A stretch of 64,000 nucleotides of DNA, taken from NCBI GenBank assembly GCA_964016885.1, contig OZ024742.1, positions 233,802,001 to 233,866,000 on the forward strand. The letters run 5' to 3'. The notes beneath the pieces were generated by a model. That model was not told where the DNA came from. It saw only the letters and a list, made by a program, of their open reading frames with translations, and did not search any database. Made by a program: the position numbers and the translations under genes. Shown here one piece after another: positions 13,750 to 27,220 of this stretch; position 1 is the first letter of the stretch; every line of letters starts with the position of its first letter. This stretch comes from Eledone cirrhosa. Lineage: Eukaryota.

Positions 13750-14745
13750 TAGAAGGGCCCTAAATAAACATAATCACAATATTAAGATAGTAGAAAGACC
13801 TGGTACCTCCGTAAAAACACTTATTAGCAAGACATACCCGTTCCAAAGACCCTCATGTATAGATAAGAAATGTATAACCTGTAAAATAAGCCCCCATATT
13901 AACTGTAAAACTAGAAATGTAGTGTATAGCATAAGATGTACTGAAGGACAATGTTGAAACAAAAATATAGTGTACATAGGTGAGACAGCTCGTAGTATAG
14001 GGGAACGAATAAATGAACACTGGCGAGACCTCCAAGATAATAAAGAATCATCTGTGCTCTACCAACATGCTAAGATAGAACGCAGGGGTAGATTAGAGAG
14101 CATAGAAATAAAAATAGAATCCACACACAGAAAAGACGCAATGTTTAGGCAAATTACAGAGGCAGTAAGCATAAAAGAATTAAAACCAAAATTAAATAGA
14201 AAATATGAGTGGAACAGCAACATCACAACTTACAATTAAGGACAAAATGAAAACACACACACACATAGAACAAACAACTTACAATTAAGGACAAAATGAA
14301 AACACACACAAAATGAAAACACACACAGGACAAAATGAAAACACACACACACATAGAACAAACAACCAACCAACAATAAATAAATAAATAAATAAACAAA
14401 TAGATAAATGAACACAAACACACACAGACACCCGGATGTGGCGCATGCGCAAACTGAGCACACAACACACACACAGAAACAAAATGGCGTAGGATAGAAG
14501 AAAGGAAAGGCACAGAAACGAAGAAAGGAATCCCCAGTCACTGAAGAGGTCACAGAGTGTGTGACGAAAGGACTATGACTATATATAAACAACTATCTGG
14601 TTGTGGAACCAACCAACCAACCAGAAATTTATAAGTTTGTAAATTTGTAAATTTATAAATTTATAAATATATAATAAATTGAAGTGAAAGCAACTGGTGC
14701 GTGTGTTTCTTATTGGCAACATGACCCTCCCAAAGTATAACAATA
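13750..14745 (+). mobile_element. Penelope-like element 3' part (GIY-YIG endonuclease, 3' UTR, HHR, tail), family A
   Basis: CKTRNVVYSIRC...YIGETARSIGERINEH...RQITEAVSI..LKPKLNRKYEW; flanked by (TA)n. Confidence 0.88.
14536..14580 (+). ncRNA. Minimal type I hammerhead ribozyme, family A. Other copies 17473-17515-, 21558-21601+, core-mutated 18206-18248+
   Basis: agtca-CTGAAGA-g-gtcaca/tgtgac-GAAA-ggac-TA-tgact, in the 3' UTR of a GIY-YIG PLE. Confidence 0.85.
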
Positions 14746-14811
14746 TATTTATATATTTATATATATATACATACATATATATATTTTTTTATATATATAT
14801 ACATATATATA

Positions 14812-14887
<76 letters not shown>

Positions 14888-14897
14888 CATATATATA

Positions 14898-14946
<49 letters not shown>

Positions 14947-15021
14947 ACATACATATATATATATTTTTATATATATATATTTATATATATATTTATATAT
15001 ATATACATACATATATATTTT

Positions 15022-15052
<31 letters not shown>

Positions 15053-15083
15053 TTATATATATATATATACATACATATATATA

Positions 15084-15154
<71 letters not shown>

Positions 15155-15228
15155 TAGAAAGTGAGGGTTTTTTTACAGAATGAAAAATAACCGAGATATT
15201 TATATATATATTTATATATATATATATT

Positions 15229-15313
<85 letters not shown>

Positions 15314-15364
15314 AGTACTCTCGTGCGTTATGGTCCATCTGGTTCCTTACCACAACTCCTTCGT

Positions 15365-15486
<122 letters not shown>

Positions 15487-15638
15487 AAGTAATTCCGTCG
15501 GAAAGGTCCAGGAAAAAAGAGTGCTCTGTGTAGGTTAAAGAGCTTATTAGTTATGTAATAAACAACATAAGATAATTATTTCATTTACCAGTGGTTTCTT
15601 GAAAGCAAACAAATCTGCTTTCAGTCGTCACAGGATTT

Positions 15639-15698
15639 TTTCATTCTGACGACTGAAAGCAGATTTGTTTGCTTTCAAGAAACCACTGGTAAATGAAA
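15639..15698 (+). ncRNA. Type I hammerhead ribozyme, family C
   Basis: tttcatt-CTGACGA-tgaaagca/tgctttca stem II-GAAA-ccactgg-TA-aatgaaa. Confidence 0.9.
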
Positions 15699-15784
15699 TA
15701 ATTATCTTATGTTGTTTATTACATAACTAAATATATATATATACTTTATAAACAACAATCAAAGAGTGTTTTAGAACATTTAAT

Positions 15785-16035
15785 CAAAAATGATACAGAG
15801 GAGACTGAGGTTAGCTGAACATGCTCACCGACATCCAGTGTTGACACTACACTCAGTGCTCCTGTGGGAGCCCTTACATGGACACACTGGAAGAGGAAGA
15901 CCAAGGTTAACGTATGTTGATGCCCTAAGGACAGACACTGGTCTGTTGGAGACGCAGGACATGGCAGCGTTAATGAGGGACAGAGACCGCTGGAGAGAAC
16001 TCGTCCATGGATCTCGGGAATTTTACCCGCCCTAG
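15785..16035 (+). mobile_element. RTE/RTEX-like LINE 3' fragment
   Basis: RRLRLAEHAHRHP...LLWEP...GRGRPRLTYVDAL...DRDRWRELV, a typical RTE-group C-terminus. Confidence 0.75.
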
Positions 16036-16107
16036 ATAGATATATATATATATAAGGAAAAGAAATTGAAAATGCAACTGGAGTCTTTTAAGAATATTTA
16101 TTTATTT

Positions 16108-16315
<208 letters not shown>

Positions 16316-17024
16316 ACATTTATAGACACATGTATATTCAATCACACACACACTCACACACACACACACACATCTATGTTTAACCAGAAGGCATCTGAAC
16401 AGCAATGCCTGTACCTGCTAGTGATACACTCAATTGTGATCAGAGTTGAAGGCAGGACAAATGGTGACGCTTGTAACATGTCATCTGTTACTAGCGTTTC
16501 TTTAGCTGTCCATTCTTGTACCAGAAGCAAACTGGTACCCACCCACATAATTCACCTGTTTTGTTCACCTAAGACTCTACCCTCCCTCCCCCACCCCACC
16601 CCCACCCCCTCTCTCTCTCTCTCGTCTGTTACATACAACATATAAGCAAACAAATGATAGATGGTAGCAATACATACTCACATACACACACACACATTTA
16701 AAGTCGTCCTGCACTATCTCACACATTGGCGCGCTTACACACACATAACACACAGATATAGAGACAGCGACAGAGCGGGGAGGGGAGAAAATGAGAGAGA
16801 CAGCGAGAGACAGCGAGAGACAGTGAGAGAGACTCGACATACATAAATATTGATATTCTTGTCTCTTATATGCATACATATATAAGGGATATAGGCACAG
16901 AGGACATACGCAAATATTTATACTCTAAACACGCATATACACATGTACTCACTTGCACGCACACACACATGCATACACACATGCACACCTTTTTTGTTGT
17001 TGTTTTTATTCTTTCCTTCTTTTC

Positions 17025-17098
<74 letters not shown>

Positions 17099-17166
17099 AT
17101 TTATATTTATATATATATATGTGTATTTATATTTATATATATATAAATATAAATACACACACACAC

Positions 17167-17232
<66 letters not shown>

Positions 17233-17261
17233 GTGTATTTATATTTATATATATATATATA

Positions 17262-18378
17262 TTTCGTTTCTGAATTTGTTTAGCAAGATTCTTTATCTGA
17301 AAACATGTGTTGAAACCGATATTGTTATACTTTGGGAGGGTCATGTTGCCAATAAGAAACACACGCACCAGTTGCTTTCACTTCAATTTATTATAATAAA
17401 TTTATAAATTTAGGAATTTATAAATTTCCGGTTGGTTGGTTGGTTCCACAACTAGATGGTTGTTTATATATTGTCAAAGTTCTTTCGTCACACATTCTGT
17501 GATCTCTTCAGTGACTGGGGATTCTTTTCTTTGTTTTTTGTGCCTCTCCTTTGTTCTGTCCTACGCCATCTTGTTTTTGTGTGTGTGTTGTGTGCTTAGT
17601 TTGCGCATGTGTTACATCCGGGTGTCTGTGTTTGTTTATATTCGTTTATTTATTTGTTTATTTACATGTTACTAAAAAAAAACAAAAAAAAAACTAAAAA
17701 TGTAGTATATAGCATAAGATGTACTGAAGGACAATGTAGAGATAAAAATATAGTGTACATAGGTATACACGGATAAATGAACACTGGCGAGACCTTCAAG
17801 ATAGTAAAGAATCATCTGTACTCTACCAACATACTAAAATAGAACATAAGGGTAAATTAGAGAATATAGAAATAAAAATAGAATCTACACACAGAAAAGA
17901 CGCAATGTTTAGACAAATCACAGAGGCAATAAACATAAAAGAATTACAACCAAAATTAAATAGAAAATATGAGTGGAACAGCAACATCACAACTTACAAT
18001 TAAGGACAAAATGAAAACACACACGCACATAGAACAAACAACCAACCAGTAACATGTAAATAAACAAATAAATAAACGAATATAAACACACACAGACACC
18101 CGGATGTAACACATGCGCAAACTAAGCACACAACACACACACAAAAACAAGATGGCGTAGGACAGAACAAAAGAGAGGTTCAAAAAACAAAGAAAAGAAT
18201 CCCCAGTCACAGAAGAGGTCACAGAATGTGTGACAAAAGAACTTTGACAATATATAAACAACCATCTGGTTGTGGAACCAACCAACCAACCGGAAATTTA
18301 TAAATTTATTATAATAAATTGAAGTGAAACAACTGGTGCGTGTGTTTCTTATTAGGCAACATGACCCTCCCAAAGTAT

Positions 18379-18385
<7 letters not shown>
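17262..18385. mobile_element. Family A PLE with inverted 5' repeat (minus copy 17262-17672, plus copy 17693-18385)
   Basis: The 3' UTR/HHR/tail occurs twice in opposite orientation around a GIY-YIG fragment, the classic inverted PLE configuration. Confidence 0.88.
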
Positions 18386-18450
<65 letters not shown>

Positions 18451-18453
18451 TTA

Positions 18454-18494
<41 letters not shown>

Positions 18495-18703
18495 CGAAGG
18501 AAATGTGGTAAGGAACCAGATGGACCATAACGCACCAAAGTACTCAATACTTAGGGTAGTAGAGTGGGTAATAGGAACGAGTAGGACCCCGACGGCTGAG
18601 CTCAAGCCGTTTCGACGGCTAATTCTGGACTAAAAAACATTTTTTAGTCCAGAATTAGCCGTCGAAACGACTTGAGCTCAGCCGTCGGGGTCCTACTCGT
18701 TCC

Positions 18704-18737
<34 letters not shown>

Positions 18738-18862
18738 AATATGTGTGCGTGTATATGCTTATATATATATCTGTGTGTGTGTGTGTACGAGTTCTCACAC
18801 ATTCAAATTCACTCTTTATCTTTATCTCACCTTCTTTCACTATTTCTCTCACCTCAACTTCT

Positions 18863-18950
<88 letters not shown>

Positions 18951-19155
18951 CTTCTGTCTCAATCTCTGACGGACAATACAAACATCTCTCACCCTCTCCT
19001 CTCTTTCATCACAACTACTGTATTTCTCCCATTCGCTCACCCTCTATTTCCCCTCCACACACGTTCACTCTCTCTCTCTCTCTTTCTCTGTCTGTCTCTC
19101 TCTCTCTCTCCTCTCTCTCACTTCACTCTCCATCTCAATATATATATATATATAA

Positions 19156-19221
<66 letters not shown>

Positions 19222-19428
19222 GATATTAAACAAATGGAAACTATATTTATAAAACCATATTTATTTCATTATACATATTTCAGGGATACCATATTAAAAA
19301 TATGGCATGCCTTCTTCAGATAAAATACAATATATAAGCAGTTTTATAAATAAATTTGACGTACCATAAAATATTGAAACTTCCATTTAAAAAAGTTGGT
19401 TTGGTAGTTTTTTGGTAGATAATATTGT

Positions 19429-19492
19429 ATTTTATCTGAAGAAGGCATGCCATATTTTTAATATGGTATCCCTGAAATATGTATAATGAAAT
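19429..19492 (+). ncRNA. Type I hammerhead ribozyme, family E; identical antisense copy at 19263-19326
   Basis: attttat-CTGAAGA-aggcatgccatatt/aatatggtatccct-GAAA-tatgta-TA-atgaaat. Confidence 0.85.
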
Positions 19493-19671
19493 AAATATGG
19501 TTTTATAAATATAGTTTCCATTTGTTTAATATCGTATATCTACTCCAAAACTTGTTGAGTGCTTTATATCAGTTATAAAATATTTACTCGTTGTAACCCA
19601 ACAATTTTAAATAAAACTTTTGCATATATATATATATTTATATATTACATATATATTTATATATATATATA

Positions 19672-19754
<83 letters not shown>

Positions 19755-19759
19755 TGTAT

Positions 19760-19805
<46 letters not shown>

Positions 19806-19823
19806 ATATATAAATATGTATAT

Positions 19824-19880
<57 letters not shown>

Positions 19881-19930
19881 TATTTATATTTATATATGTA
19901 TATATATATATATTTATATTTATATATGTA

Positions 19931-20035
<105 letters not shown>

Positions 20036-20351
20036 TTATTTATTTATTTGCGTATGTGTGTGTGTGCGCGCGTGTGTGTGTATTCGCGATATACAGACAA
20101 AAGCAGTGTAGAGATAGTTGCACTAGAATTTACTTGCTTCGATCTGTTTACATCACAATTTATTCTGGAAAACACAAATAAATGGACAAAGTAAATTAAA
20201 GCAGTCACGCAAATATATAAACACATCCATGAATACACACACACACAAACTGACTCACGCACATAGACGCGCGCGCGTGCACACCCACAGAAACACACAA
20301 ACTGATTCACGCTCACACACTCACACACATATATATATGTATATGTCTGTA

Positions 20352-21269
20352 TATTTGTTATACTTGGGGAGGGTCATATTGTTATAATATTGCCAGAAAT
20401 AATAACAGAACACAATCGCTGGTTGGTTTGGGTTGGTTTTCGCTTCTGTATCTTTTTTATCTCTATAGTTAATTTATTTGGCAATCAATGTTTATCATTG
20501 ATTGACTAGCGGTTAAAAATACAACCAAAGAGACAGAATCAGAGTATACAAAGGAGCCACGGAGAAATATAAAACCCTCATAGACATGAAAGGAATTTGC
20601 CCATTATATAGGAGCAAATCATGGAATAGCTTAGATAGGACTAAACATAAGATAGGGAAAGCCACTTCATGGTACGACAACCAGAGATACCAGAGTGTCA
20701 TGTTCGTGGATGCTACCCCTGGAGGGAAATTAGCTAAGCAATGTAGAAAGGCCCTAAGAAAGACCCATCTAAAGATTAAAGTGGTAGAAAGGCCAGGAAC
20801 TACCATAAAATCCCTGATCAGCAAGAAAACCCACTGAACAAATAAGAAATGTGTTATATGTAAAATGAACCCCCAGATAAATTGTAAAACTAGAAATGTA
20901 GTCTATAGACTACAGTCTATAGTCATAAGATGTACAGAGGGTACTTGCAGAAACATGACAACGACATACATAGGTGAGACAGCTCGAAGCATAGGAGAAA
21001 GAATAGACCAACACTGGGGGGAACTAAAAGGACCAAAAACGGCTCAGTGCTATACGAACACGCCAGACAAAGACATGACGGTAATATAGACAACATAGAA
21101 ATTAAAATAATATCCAAGCATAGAAATGACTCAACAAGTAGGCAAATCAGAGACGCAACTGAGATAGAACTAAGAAGACCGAAGTTGAACAGAAAGAACG
21201 AATGGAATAATAACAACAACCAAACCCAAACAAACAAAACTGACTTAAGGGAAATATAAATATAAATAA

Positions 21270-21359
<90 letters not shown>

Positions 21360-21840
21360 GTACAATAACAACAAACACACACTAGTGAACAAAGATAGAA
21401 TACAAAAAGATATACACTCAAACGCGACACACACACCAAACATTATACACACACGCAAACGCATGGGCAGAGACAGAGACAAGAAGAAATAAATTAATTA
21501 ATTAAAATTAAAATGGCGTAGACATACAATACAATACAATGGGAGGGAACATAATAGTACCACTGATGATGTTGCAGATGTGCGACGAAAGAACTTTGAT
21601 AGTCTATATATATATTTATATCTGTATTTTTAACCGCTGGTCAATCAATGATAAACATTGATTGGCAGATAAATTAACTAGGGAGATATAAAAGATACAG
21701 AAACGAAAACCAACCCGAACCAAACAGTGAGTGTGTTCTGTTATTATTTCTGGCAATATTATAACAATATGATCCTCCCCAAGTATAACAATATTTGTTT
21801 CGACACACGATTTCATATCAAAACCCTTGCAAAACAAATT
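20352..21840 (+). mobile_element. Family A-related PLE with short 5' inversion (20352-20515)
   Basis: VMFVDATPGGKLAK...IKVVERPG, CKTRNVVY...YIGETARSIGERIDQH; tail 21630-21795 is mirrored at 20352-20515. Confidence 0.88.
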
Positions 21841-21849
21841 ATATATATA

Positions 21850-23156
21850 CAGGGTGCGGACGATATTTGTTCGCAAGATTACTGTCTAGGAAAATATAAC
21901 ACAGTATTTTTATTTTTTAAGATATATTTATCAAACTTTGGTCAGTTTGTCTTCATGACTTGTTCTTTCGATCTCACTCGATAAACCTGCCATTGGCTTT
22001 GATGACGGCATCAAGGCGGCCTCGGAACTGGCTACAGGCCTTCGTCACTGTCCCCCGACTTAGGCCCCTAAAGGCACTTGTGATCCTGGCCTTCAGATCG
22101 TCTTTCGTATTGCAGCTAGATCTGTTGGTGTCTCGTTCCACTGCGCCCCACACAAAGAAGTCGAGGGGGTTGCAGTCAGGCAAGCTGAGAGGCCAGATGT
22201 CAGGTGAAGTGTGGTCGACGAAGTTCTCTGACAGCCAGGCTTGGGTCTTTCGGCTGGTATGGCAGGGCGCTGAGTCTTGCTGCTCTACGTACGGCCTACC
22301 TGCAGTTACCTGGTCGATCCAGGGCTTTACTACCTCGCTCAGAACGCGGATGTAGCCATCGGTGTTCAGCTTGAGGCCCTCAGGGGAGAAGTGAGGTGGC
22401 ACGACGTCACCTTGACTGCTGACGACACCTAAGACCAATGTTGTCGCTGGAAACTTTGCCTGCATGACTCTGGGCATGTCTTTGGATGAGACAGCAAGCC
22501 ACCTGTTGTTCTGGGAGTTGATCTTCTGGTCTTGGCAGAAGTTTTTCTCGTCGGAGAAAAACCACAGCATGTCTGTCTCAAGTGGGTGTTTCAACTTGTT
22601 GATTAGCTTCTTTGCGTGCTTCAGTCGCTTTTCTTGCATCGCATTTGAGAGAAATTGTCCTTTCCTCATCTTGCATGAAACGTAGCGAATGTCTTCATGA
22701 ACCACCAGCCTAATGAGCTTTTCATCCACGCCTTTCTCTCTTGCAATGGCACGCATCGACTTGCTAGGTTCATTGTTGATGATATCCTGAACTTCAGCGA
22801 CGAACTCGGGCGTTCTCAAGGCGTCAGATCGTCGATCGTGTGTTTTCCCCTCTGATGTTGCTTCGTAGTCGAATCTTGAATCTTCCAATTCCTTTCTGAT
22901 CTTTTCCACCATTCTCCTGCTGACGCTGAGAAAGTCTGAAATTTCCTTATTTGTCCTCCCGGCGCGGATTCCAAGAAGAACTCCGTGTCTCTTCCACAAA
23001 TTTGGAGCTTCAAAATTATTCATAATCAATTATTCTGAAAATAAATAATGGAAATATAGTCACTGTTTTTATGAAGACAAGAGTGACAACGGAAGTTTAA
23101 AAAATTTGCATAAAATTAGCAGTTGAAAATTGCGAACAAATATCGTCCACATCCTG
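21850..23156 (-). mobile_element. Full-length DD37D mariner-like transposon
   Basis: 27-bp TIRs (cagggtgcggacgatatttgttcgcaa / ttgcgaacaaatatcgtccacatcctg, 2 mismatches), TA on both sides, inside a (TA)n run. Confidence 0.93.
21974..23029 (-). CDS. Tc1/mariner transposase, DD37D (maT-type), uninterrupted 351 aa
   Basis: N-terminal HTH region, then FSDEK, QQDSAPCH and PDCNPLDF motifs; 37 residues between the 2nd and 3rd catalytic Asp. Confidence 0.93.
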   Translation of the reverse strand: MIMNNFEAPNLWKRHGVLLGIRAGRTNKEISDFLSVSRRMVEKIRKELEDSRFDYEATSEGKTHDRRSDALRTPEFVAEVQDIINNEPSKSMRAIAREKGVDEKLIRLVVHEDIRYVSCKMRKGQFLSNAMQEKRLKHAKKLINKLKHPLETDMLWFFSDEKNFCQDQKINSQNNRWLAVSSKDMPRVMQAKFPATTLVLGVVSSQGDVVPPHFSPEGLKLNTDGYIRVLSEVVKPWIDQVTAGRPYVEQQDSAPCHTSRKTQAWLSENFVDHTSPDIWPLSLPDCNPLDFFVWGAVERDTNRSSCNTKDDLKARITSAFRGLSRGTVTKACSQFRGRLDAVIKANGRFIE

Positions 23157-23232
23157 TATATATATATATAAAATTAGAAATATAAGCTATCGCCGTATTT
23201 TTGACTAAAGAAATTAAAGAAATTATTTAGCC

Positions 23233-23572
23233 TGTAGCAGTTGTCTCCCTTGTTGTGACTCACAACCCCAATATATTAACAACATCTAGACGGCAAGTAG
23301 AACCCTTTCTGTAACTTCCGGTCAGAACCCTATAAAACTAACAACTTTAAGTTCTCACTCTCTCATTTGCCCTTCCGGCGCCTGGCCTTCGCCAGGCGTC
23401 TCGCGTTTGCCTGGCAATCAAAACGGTAACTACTAACTTTGTTTCATTCTATCATCTATTTCTTTGACATGTCAACTATACTGTTCTATATATATCCATG
23501 ATTGTTAATTAAATATTATACACACAAACCCTGTCTCATTGTTACATTCATACACACTAGTATTCCGCTATA
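23233..23572 (+). mobile_element. Solo LTR, Ty3/Gypsy-like, 340 bp
   Basis: Ends tgtagc...gctata, 4-bp TSD AGCC (23229-23232 and 23573-23576), internal TATAAAA near 23331 and ATTAAA near 23508. Removing it restores the host inverted repeat. Confidence 0.8.
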
Positions 23573-23886
23573 AGCCTGATAGTGGGGTTAAGAACCCTCG
23601 GAGAAATGGAAAAAGATGAGTATTGACGTACATGGGAGTCGACCCCACATCTGCGGTTATCCAGACCACTGTGCTACCATTACACCAACACATCACCCGT
23701 CTTCTTCCATTCAAATTAAAAGCCATGTTCGACTCCCATGTACGTCAATACTCATGTTTTTCCATTTCTCCGAGGGTTCTTAACCCCACTATCAGGCTAA
23801 ATAATTTCTTTAATTTCTTTACACAAAAATACGGCAATAGCTTATATTTCTAATTTCAAACTCGCTCGCTGTTTCGAAAATATTCT

Positions 23887-23937
<51 letters not shown>

Positions 23938-23943
<6 letters not shown>

Positions 23944-24735
23944 ATACTTTTGGAGGGACATGCTGCCAATAAAAACACACGCATCTGTTGGTATTTACTT
24001 CAATTTATTAGAAATTTCCGGTTGGATGGTTCAATAACCGGATGGTTGTTTATATATTGTCAAACTTCTTTCGTCACACATTCTGTGACTGGTTTGTTAA
24101 TTTGTGTCTCTCTTTTGTTCTGTTCTACACCATCTTGTGTTTGTGTTGTGTGCTGTATACTTGGTTTGCGCATGCGTTATATCCGTGTGTATGTGTTTTA
24201 ATTTATATATTTATATGTTTATTTACTTGTCACTAGTTGGCTGTTTGTTCTATCTGTGTGTGTCTGATTTGTTTCATTAATTTGGTTCTTGTGTGTCTCT
24301 TTATGTCTTTATCTTGTCCTTAATTACTAGTTTGATGTTGTTGCTATTCCACTCGTGTTTTCTGTTTAACTTTGGTTGGAGTTTGTTTATGTTTGTCACT
24401 TCTGTAATTTGTCCGATCATTACGTCTTTTCTGTGTGGATATAATTTGTATTCCTATGTTCTCTAGTGTTCCCCCGTGTTTCATTCTGGCATGTTGGTGG
24501 TGTACTGATGAGATTTTCTCATCTTGAAGTTCTAGCCAGTGTTCATTTATCATTTCTCCTATGCTACGGGCTGTCTCACCTATGTAAGTTGTGTTCCTAT
24601 TCTTACACTCTCCCTCCGTACATCTTATGCTATATACTACGTCCCTAGTTTTTGCAGTTAATTTGCAGGCTAAATTTGCAGACTATATATTTCCTATCAT
24701 TGCATGAGTTTTTTTTTTTTCAAAATGATATGTTC
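23938..24735 (-). mobile_element. Family A-related PLE 3' fragment; HHR core deleted
   Basis: YIGETARSIGE.INEHW..LQDEK; same tail; stem II-GAAA half present at 24058-24090 but CTGAAGA is missing. Confidence 0.82.
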
Positions 24736-25120
24736 TACTAATTAGGTACAGCTCATTTTGTCAGCTGAGTGGACTGGAAAAACGTGAAATAAAAAGTCTT
24801 GCTCAAGGACACAACACGTCGCCGGTAATCGAACTCACGACGTTAGGATCGTGAGCCTAGCACACTAACCACTAAGTCACTCAGGACTAGTGTATTATCT
24901 ATCGACCTCGAAAGGACGAAAGGCAAAGTTGATGCCTGTAGTAAGCTGGAACAAATACCTAAGTATATCGTCCGATGTTCAACCTATTCTGCCCATCCAC
25001 TGTCCTCTGGTCAAAGACATCAAATCTCGGAGATGGTCTGCCGCAACAAAGACACCGAATTCGTGGCCCATCTCTGAATCAAATATATTCTCTATTACTT
25101 TTATTGATTAACTAATTATG

Positions 25121-25187
25121 AAATCCGAACCTGATGATGTCGCTAGGGTCTTACGTAACCAGGTCATTGAAATATACATAGTGATTT
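25121..25187 (+). ncRNA. Probable decayed hammerhead
   Basis: aaatccgaac-CTGATGA-imperfect stem II-GAAA-tataca-TA-gtgattt. Confidence 0.5.
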
Positions 25188-26001
25188 TTTTCAACATCAA
25201 AACTTTAAAGGGCTACCTCCAGTCCGGCCTTCTGTTGTTTTAATTAAATAAATATTCAACTCCGTTCCTGCACCAGCCACGGGATTCAACATCTACGATG
25301 GATGAGTTGCGTAATCTAGAGTGCTTTTCTTACTATTATATCATGGTTAACTAAATGGAATGACCAGTTCTACCCATTGGTGCATATCTAAACTATAATA
25401 AAGTAAGAAGCGAGACTGCGTACGTTTTATAATTTGTTATCCCCTTAGTAAAATAAGTTGGATTACTTTGAATAAATAATGAATGAATATTACATAATTT
25501 ATCTACTAAATGTCGTGGCTGTTCATTAAATATATTTTATTACTTATTTAAAGATTCACTTCTTTAAAATGTTCAAATGTCAACACTTCCGGTTAGTGAT
25601 CGTTTAAATAAATATTCATATATTTCTGTCACTAATTTTCTCTTAATGCAGTTTATATATAATATCGTCTTTGTTTAATGTATCATGGATTACGTTACTG
25701 ATTACATAAGACAGTCTTCGTTCAATTTCTGTGCATATTATCAATTACGATTTTATTTGATCATATCTACATGCATATATACTTGCGTATAATATCAATA
25801 TACACACTACACATGCCAGCAGAAAACCACCCGAAGGATGGTTTTTCTGCTGGTAATAATAATAATAAAAATTCAAGAGTATGAAATTATCTAGACAAAG
25901 GTATCCACATATGCGTGTTTGTATAATAATATAGGTGCAATAACATAAGCAGGTCTGAAAGTAAAGTTGTTAGAAGATAGATTCTTACCATCCATATATA
26001 C

Positions 26002-26068
<67 letters not shown>

Positions 26069-26144
26069 ATAAGAAACGGAGAATCAGTGTTGCGACGAAT
26101 AAACTTTATTAGACATATTTCCAAAAACTCTGCTTCGTAGAATC

Positions 26145-26245
26145 GAGACGTATCTGAGGACCTTGCGATTTCAGAGTCAGGTTCGATCATTACATCGATC
26201 GTGCCTCGAGCTGGTCGCTAGAAAAAGGATTGTAATATGTATCTC
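26145..26245 (+). ncRNA. Probable decayed hammerhead in a short fold-back unit (26063-26340) between (TA)n tracts
   Basis: gagacgtat-CTGAGGA-long stem II (gcgatt/ggtcgc)-GAAA-aaggattg-TA-atatgtatctc; stem III imperfect. Confidence 0.55.
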
Positions 26246-26335
26246 CGTTTCTTATGTGATATCATACTCTGCTCTGTAAGAGCATCGAGTGCTCAAACGG
26301 CCTACCGCTTACGGACGCTTTAAGCATCCCACACC

Positions 26336-26410
<75 letters not shown>

Positions 26411-26762
26411 GATCCATTGCCAAAGAACTTACATAGATGATAAAATTCCGATTATTTCCAAATCGGATAACAAGTAAAAAAAAAACCTACTTAAATATGG
26501 CAAAATTCTGAAATTTCAATATTTCTATACAGCTGTTTCATGCGTGCAAGAAAAATGGAAGGAACCATAAGATGAAACACTCAGTCATCAGTAGAAATTC
26601 ATCTTACTAAACGCATTGTAGACGAACAGTCACCGTGGATTCAAAAGAAGATCTAGACGCATATGACGAGGAACAGACTAATAATATGCGAATACAGGCA
26701 GGCTAACAGAAATGCTAGAAATAGCAGTTCGTTCGGTCTAAAATGAATCAACACTACTAAAA

Positions 26763-27220
26763 TGTAACGTTAGGAGCAGAAGTACATATGTAGCGAAATC
26801 TGTCCACGTCTTGAACCATGGGTGACACCTAAAAGTCAAATTCTAGGTCACCATCCTTTTCGGCGTGGACAGGTTCATGCGTAGGCGATCCCCTCGAGGT
26901 GGGAGACAGAAATCGACAGGTATATAAAGCCTGTATGATCCCACGTCTAACACACAGGAGATCGGAGCAGTACGCTATAGTTCTAGCTATGTAAAGATTC
27001 AACGCTACCTACAGGCCGCAGAGGTCTACAGACAACTACGGGCCATTACTCTCTCTCTCTCCTGGTCTCAGACTACACCAGCCTCATGAATAAACAACAA
27101 AAATAACATCGTCAACCTTCGCGACTCGTGGTAACTTGTTTATTGTTCTTTTTGACTGAAGTGAAGTAAACCTTTTTATATATAAAGTAAATCAGCTATT
27201 TTTGTTATATCATCTAACAA
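26763..27220 (+). mobile_element. Possible solo LTR
   Basis: Starts TGT, has TATATAAAG near 26921 and AATAAA near 27089, ends ...ctaaca. No TSD found. Confidence 0.35.

Noticed and set aside
25817-25853. Strong short hairpin resembling a bacterial terminator
   Set aside because: Eukaryotic context with no gene attached; origin unknown.
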